A stretch of DNA of 61,086 bases, the filler included. It is 14 parts of 14 records of this genome, joined end to end, with 100 filler letters (N's around TTAATTAATTAA, not from the genome) between each part and the next. Parts side by side here need not be neighbours in the genome. Positions count along the whole stretch, not along the records: positions 52,953 to 56,030 come from SRR15195285_9775; positions 56,131 to 61,086 come from SRR15195285_9777; 12 more parts are not named here. The stretch is one strand, 5' to 3'. Below are positions 55,525 through 61,086 of the stretch, in pieces; position 1 is the stretch's first letter; every line of letters begins with the position of its first letter. A program made the position numbers and the translations under genes. Under the pieces are notes generated by a model. It was given only the letters and a program-made list of their open reading frames with translations. It had not been told where the DNA came from and did not search any database.

Positions 55525-56939
55525 CGCGCCAGGCGCCAGCAGCTACCCGCCGAGAGCCGTACTGCGACGAGCCTGTGTCACGCTTAGCCTAGCTGTACCA
55601 CAGGCACCAGGCGCACCAGCGGCACCGCACAGCGGCCAGCCCTGAGCTCGCGCTGCTGTTGCTGCCCGTGCCCGACGTCAGTGCGGAAGGCGGGCGATGG
55701 CTGCGATCCGCCCCGTAGGTCCCCTCGAACGCGAAGATGTTGGCGCCTCAGTCGTAATCCACGTGGCAGTAGTGCCGATCGCTCACGGTCTGAGGCTCCT
55801 CGCCAGCACCAGAGAGTAAAGGTAAGGCAGCGCTGATGGGCGCCCTCGGCATCCACGCACGCGCGCGCAACCACGCGCGCGTGCGCCGCGCGCGGCGTGA
55901 GTCGACGCCGCCGGACGACCACCGCGTGGTCAGCAGCCGAACCGGCCAACAACGTCGCATAGTACTTATTAGGTACATTATCGATGATAACTGTAGGTAC
56001 CCCAGTCCACCGAACCGGGCTGTCAGCGCTNNNNNNNNNNNNNNNNNNNNNNNNNNNNNNNNNNNNNNNNNNNNTTAATTAATTAANNNNNNNNNNNNNN
56101 NNNNNNNNNNNNNNNNNNNNNNNNNNNNNNTGCGTCGAATGCGCGTGACGCGGATTCTCGATTACGTAAATTGCGGCCGGCGGGCCAACGCCATGGCAGT
56201 GGTGCTCGCGCTACAGTGGGTGGGCGCTGGGCTGGGCGGCTTGTGGGACGCTCAGAGGGCAGCGATAGGGCGCTGAGAGGCGGGGGAGGGGAGGCAGGCG
56301 CGGTGGGAGGGAGGCAGGCTGGCTGGTGGCACGTGGTATACGTTTAGTGCCCTGTTCTGCACCCTGCAGGGCGCTGCAGGGCGTGAGGAGCAAACCGAGC
56401 GCTTTTGAGGTTTGGGAGGTGTCTTTGGCGCGGCTGGACTGCTGGCCGGCGGCGCTGAGGGTGCCGAGGGCCAGTGCTGTAGAACACGAGCGAGCAGCGC
56501 TGTCTGGCTCTTGAAGTGGTCTTGGCAGCCGGTCGCAGCTAACACCATGGCTTAGACCATGAGTTACACCATGGTTCTTAAAAGATAACGGTGGTGTGTG
56601 CCTAGCCAGCACCGACCGACGCAGCGAGCGCCCCTGGGAGCTTGATTGTCCAGCGGGATGGCAGTATCGTGCTCGAGCACTGCTCGGAGCCGTGCTGGTG
56701 GCCAGGCGCACCAGCGGATGCAGCAGCTGTACGCGAGCTCTGAGCACATGAGAGTGGCGGCAGAAGCGGCTCAGGCGCAGCACGGCGAAGCGTCGTATGA
56801 GTATAGCGCAGCCCTGGAGCGCTGGAATGCGACGCTGCAGTATCTAGACCTGTTCATTCACGAGCTCGTGGCGGTGTCGATGACCCAGGGAGGCTCGGCG
56901 TGCCAGGCTGCAGCCCACAGCGGTTGGTAGGCTCTCAGA

Positions 56940-56984
56940 GCTAGATCTAGATCTAGATCTAGAGCTAGATCTAGATCTAGATCT
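56940..56984. repeat. (AGATCT)n self-complementary hexamer repeat
   Basis: ctagatctagatctagatctagagctagatctagatctagatct. Confidence 0.9.
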
Positions 56985-57146
56985 CGAAAGGTACCGGGAC
57001 TCGACCCGGGCCTTACGCGCAAGAATGCAGCCGGCACTGGAGTGCGAGCCGCACGTCGCAACACACCACACACAGCAGCGCGTTCGTGTGGTGCCCAAAT
57101 GAATGCGAGAATGGCATATACTACCCTGGACCAGATCAGACAATCA

Positions 57147-60100
57147 TCACAGCGCGGAGTGCGATCCCGCCTGCTGCTGCTGCTGCTCCTGACTGTCGTT
57201 AACAGCTTTCTCTGTCGGACTCTCCTTCTGCCTCTGCGCTCGCCGCCGGGCTTTGTGAGCGTCCACGGTTGGCTCTAGCTCTGACACGACTTCATCCACA
57301 TCAACAATGCCCAGTATGTTGTGAAGACGCTGAAGAGCCTTGGCCTGCGCTGCCACCTCCGCCTCCTGCACGTCCACATTGCACAACCACGCTGCAGCGT
57401 CAGCGCCCAATCGGCAGCGTAGTAAGCACAGGGTACGTGGCTTCGATACGCGGCTCTACTGACCGTTAGCTGTGTTGGAGAGGCAGCCGCTTGAAGCTTT
57501 GCCAACCGCGCTGAACGTCCCGCCTCCGCATCAGTTGTTGGGAGTTGCTGCTGTGTAGATGCAGCATCTGCTCCTCCCACTGCATCGCCAGCGCTGCTGC
57601 TGCCGCTTCCGGCGCTGGAAGAAATGTTACTGGCGTATTCGATGCGTGTACCTACAGTCACGTCGGCAGCGGTGGGGTCAAGTGCAACGCAGATTCCTGC
57701 CCGACTTCCTCGTCGCGTGGGGGGCTGCGGGCGGTAAAATGAGTAGTGCACTGCTGCTTGCGTGGATATGCGCACCGCCAGAGCCGGCGAGCCACTCGAA
57801 GCTGAGCTTGCATCGTAGCGTGTTGTCTCCTTCTGCCTCAATGACATCGCACAGCGTCTTCGCGCATGCATCGATCGTCCCGAAGACGATCCTCCCGTGC
57901 AGCGAGTCTTCAAACCCGGCCTCTGCGATGGAGTAGTTGTCGCGGCTCGGCAGACCGAAAGTAGAATCGCCTGAGCTCGTCGCGCCTGCGATCGCCGTGC
58001 CATCAGCGCTCTCCAATGCCAAAGAATATGATCCAGCGACGCCAGAGTGCTTTCCTAAGTATTTTAGTGATCCGACCACCCACAGCTGCTCATCCTCTTT
58101 TAGCTCCTCCCCCTCCTTGTCCCCCTGCCCTTCCTGTTCCGGTCCGTCTGCTTCTCCCTCTGCGGCCGATTCATTGAACCCGTCTTGCTCAGCTGCCTCC
58201 TCTCCCCACGCCTCGAGCTGTTCCAGCAGTCCGCCACTACTTCTTCCTTTAACAGCACTAGTGCCGTCTTTTTGCTCTACTTCCATGCCCAGATCACTCG
58301 ACGGCATCAGCGCCAGCCGCAAACACCAACGCTCTCCCTGGCAGTCGAATGCTTCAGAGCTGACAGCTGCACCGCTGTACAACAGGCCGAGCAGATCGGA
58401 GAGATTTCCGATCCGCCAAACCATCACATCGACCGGGACTGACGTTTGCTCTGCGCCATTTTGGTGCTGCCCAGGACCCACAGCATCTTGTGCTGGCCGC
58501 AAGTTCTTACCTTGCACCGAAAGCGGTGCTGCAGCTGCACTCTCATCGCTCTCAGCTCCAGCACCGAGCTTCACGACGTACCGCTGCTTCCTCGGGTCGA
58601 ACCCTAGGACGCGGCCTTCCTTGCCGTTGTGATGCGCTGCCTTGGAAGACATAAGCCCGTTGACGGTGACCAGAGTACCCTCCGGTAGGAAGTCTTCGAG
58701 CAGCGGGCGCACGCATAGATCCCTGCCAGTGCCGTCTTCGCGCAGGAACATCTGCACCGCCTTGTTATCGTGGTGCTGCTCCAGCAATGCGTAGAGCCAT
58801 GCATGCAAAGCACCCTTACGCTGGGACACAGTAGACTCCGAGATGGAAGAGAAGAATGTCTTCGAGGGAAAGGGCGAGTGCGTCTCGACACCTTGCGAAT
58901 CGAGGAAGTTGCGGAGTGTTTCGAAGTCCGAGAAGCGCTTTGCCACAGCCCACTCGCCCTCTGTGTCGTAGCACCCAATCTGATAGACAGTCCACTGCTT
59001 GCCGTCATTCGCACGCACTATCAACGCGTCACGCATCTCGGCACAAGTGGCTGTGCGCAGCTTCAAACCCGACAGCAAGCCCTCCAGCGTAGCTGCCGGG
59101 TTCATCGCATCTGCAGAGCCACCGCCCTTTCCAACTGAGCGCAAGGTATCTGCGCGCCACTTCCGCCGCGCAGGCTCTCCGCCCACAGCATCAGCTGCCT
59201 CGATAAAGATCCTGCCGAGCTGAGCAAGCGCGCTGGTGCGAGCCTCGATCGCATCCGTCGCTGCGCCGGTATCGCCGAGCACCCAGTCAGCCGCCACACT
59301 CAGCGTGTGTTCCACGTCCATTACCACGAGCTTGACTAAGGCTTCGGCTGCGTGTACCACGCCCTCGGTGGCCTGGACTCCCATAGCGTGGACGCCAGAT
59401 CCCTGCATCGCCCCAGCAGCGCGCACGGTGGAGGCGGTGGCGTCGTAATAATTCTCCCAGTCGTGTAGAGTTGACTTGATCCCACCAATCGCCTGGCTCG
59501 CGGCCCCTAGAACCCCCCATGCTTTGGCTTCCCACTCCTCGGCCTTGTGTGTGTAAACGTACCCGATCGCGTGAAGCAAAGTGGCGCCATATGGCGTGTT
59601 AGCTAGCTTGTCCGCCTCAGCTCGCGCGTCGCGCTCAAAGTTTTGCATGGCGGCAGCACCGGGCTGCAGCGGCACGGTCTCAGCAGAGCCGTCTGCAGTA
59701 CCAGAGCCGTCCGGCTCAGCCTGGGTAGTGGCGTCTTGTGCAGCTTCTGCCTCTGCGCGAGCCCAGCGCATCGGGATGGCGTCAAGACGCTCGGCCAGAT
59801 TGAGCGCGACCTGCGCCTGCCGCCTGAGCTGCCAGTCGTCTAGGTCAGCGACAAACTTGTCGAGGTCCTCCGCTCCGAGCTTCTGCTGCACCTCCTCCAG
59901 GTCGCCAGACTGGTGCATCTCAAGGACGGTTCCCGCACACTTGAGCAGCAGCAACTCCCCCACCGCCGGCTCTAACGCCTCGCTCCCGAAGAAGATTTCA
60001 TACAGTTGCGTTGAATCGATCAGCGTGTTGTCCTCGGTCGCCTCCGACCCCCCAGCGTCGTAAGCGGCACGCAGCCGCTCGTCCGAGAGGATCTGGTACG

Positions 60101-60955
60101 CCTTGCCGACGTCTTGGAAGCGCTCCGTGGCGTTCGGATCGTCCACGTTCTTGTCCGGGTGCAGCCTGAGCGCCGTCTTTCGGTACGCCTTCTTGATCTC
60201 GGCCGCGCCAGCGTCAGGCGCCACGCCCAGCAGATCATACATCCCGGTCTCCTTCACTGGACCGCGCGACCGGCCGCGGGACGACTCGCTCGCCACGAGA
60301 TTCTGCAGGTCCTCGAGCGACTCCAGCTTGGTCAACGGTGCGGGAGCCACCCACTCGCGCTTGTCCGCATCCCATTCCTTGCCCTCGAACATCGAGCCGA
60401 TCGCCTCTGGCGTGTTCGCGAGGCCGCGCCCGATCTGCACTGTCGGCACCGCGACGGCCGTCGCCGCCAGCGCCGCCGCGGAGGCGCCGCCGGCGGCCAG
60501 CACGCCGAAGCCCTCCTTCCACCCCGCGCTCGCGGCAGTATACGTCGCGACGAAGGGAGTGCTGACCGCCGCGGCGGCACCGAGCCCCGCGCACTTGAAG
60601 AAGGTCTTCGCCCCCGAGCCGACGCCTGAGACAACGTGAACGCGACGGTGACGTGCGGTAGCAGAGGGGGCGCGGCACGGATCCCGAGAGGGCGGTCGCG
60701 GGTCGCGCCTTGTGCTGGCCAGCAGCGCCCAGCGGGCAGCATAGTCGGCTGGGCAGCAGTGGGCATAGCGCAGCACAGCGGGCAGCTTAGATTGTGCATC
60801 GGGCTGGCGCGCGTACCTGAGAGCACTGTGGCGGGTCGCCTCGTGCTGGCGAGCATCCCGGCCCCGTAGCTCAGCGGATTCTCACCGACCTTCTTCGCCT
60901 CTCGCACCATGCCCATGTACGGGTGGCCGCTCCCAGGCAGCACCGCCTCGCCCAC
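57147..60955 (-). CDS. DnaJ + DnaJ-X domain protein fused to PX, SH3/KOW-like and MATH-like domains; spliced, 5' truncated
   Basis: J-domain MYDLLGV..IKKAYRKTALRLHPDKN..FQDVGKAYQILSD. DnaJ-X LLHAIGYVY and DVEHTL. PX VYQI..WAVAKRFSDFETL..FPSK..QRKGALHAWL. NGKEGRVLGFD..RYVVKL. MATH-like WRIGN..SEAFDCQGERWCL. Probable introns near 60817-60627 and two 3' introns, ending HSAL-TGA at 57147. Confidence 0.8.
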
Positions 60956-61086
60956 CTACCGTTACACAGCATCGCCGCTCCTCAGACAGACAGCGCCGCA
61001 CGGACCGAGGGGACTGCCCGCCATGCACAACAAGCAGCGCACACCGATCGAAAGCTCTGTAGCAGCAGCAGCAGCAGCAGCAGCAG

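Noticed and set aside
5949-56130. Regularly repeated TTAATTAATTAA flanked by Ns
   Set aside because: Artificial concatenation linker, not a biological repeat or CRISPR array.
56193-56930. Possible small spliced gene on the plus strand (ORF 56646-56930)
   Set aside because: I could not build a consistent exon chain or recognise any domain, so it is left uncalled.

Overview
This is eukaryotic, GC-rich, gene-dense DNA with short GT-AG introns. It consists of 14 unrelated contigs of about 3-6 kb joined by artificial 100-nt spacers (44 N + TTAATTAATTAA + 44 N), so gene neighbourhood across spacers carries no meaning. The repetitive intron motif and Pro-Glu (PEPEPE) linkers suggest a marine protist SAG/MAG, possibly Picozoa-like (inference from recollection only). 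About 24 genes can be supported. They include a GH59 galactocerebrosidase with a ricin insert, a membrane-anchored arylsulfatase, a MIT-Znf-pseudoDEAD-NADAR fusion, a PH-DysF-PH-DysF TKL kinase, a STIMATE-family protein, several transporters, two DnaJ proteins, an ankyrin/U-box protein and a UBA-RING protein with a nested zinc finger. The best candidate for an undescribed system is a small two-exon gene missed by the ORF track (55524..55038, minus strand). It reads MCRSILCSTCGLMTWAG-[TGA]-GLHIEQAL...RCPGWKTGKH, with an in-frame TGA exactly at the Cys of the WAGCGxH motif and SECIS-like hairpins in its 3' UTR, making it a candidate new selenoprotein family. All family assignments come from motif recognition by eye; no searches were run.
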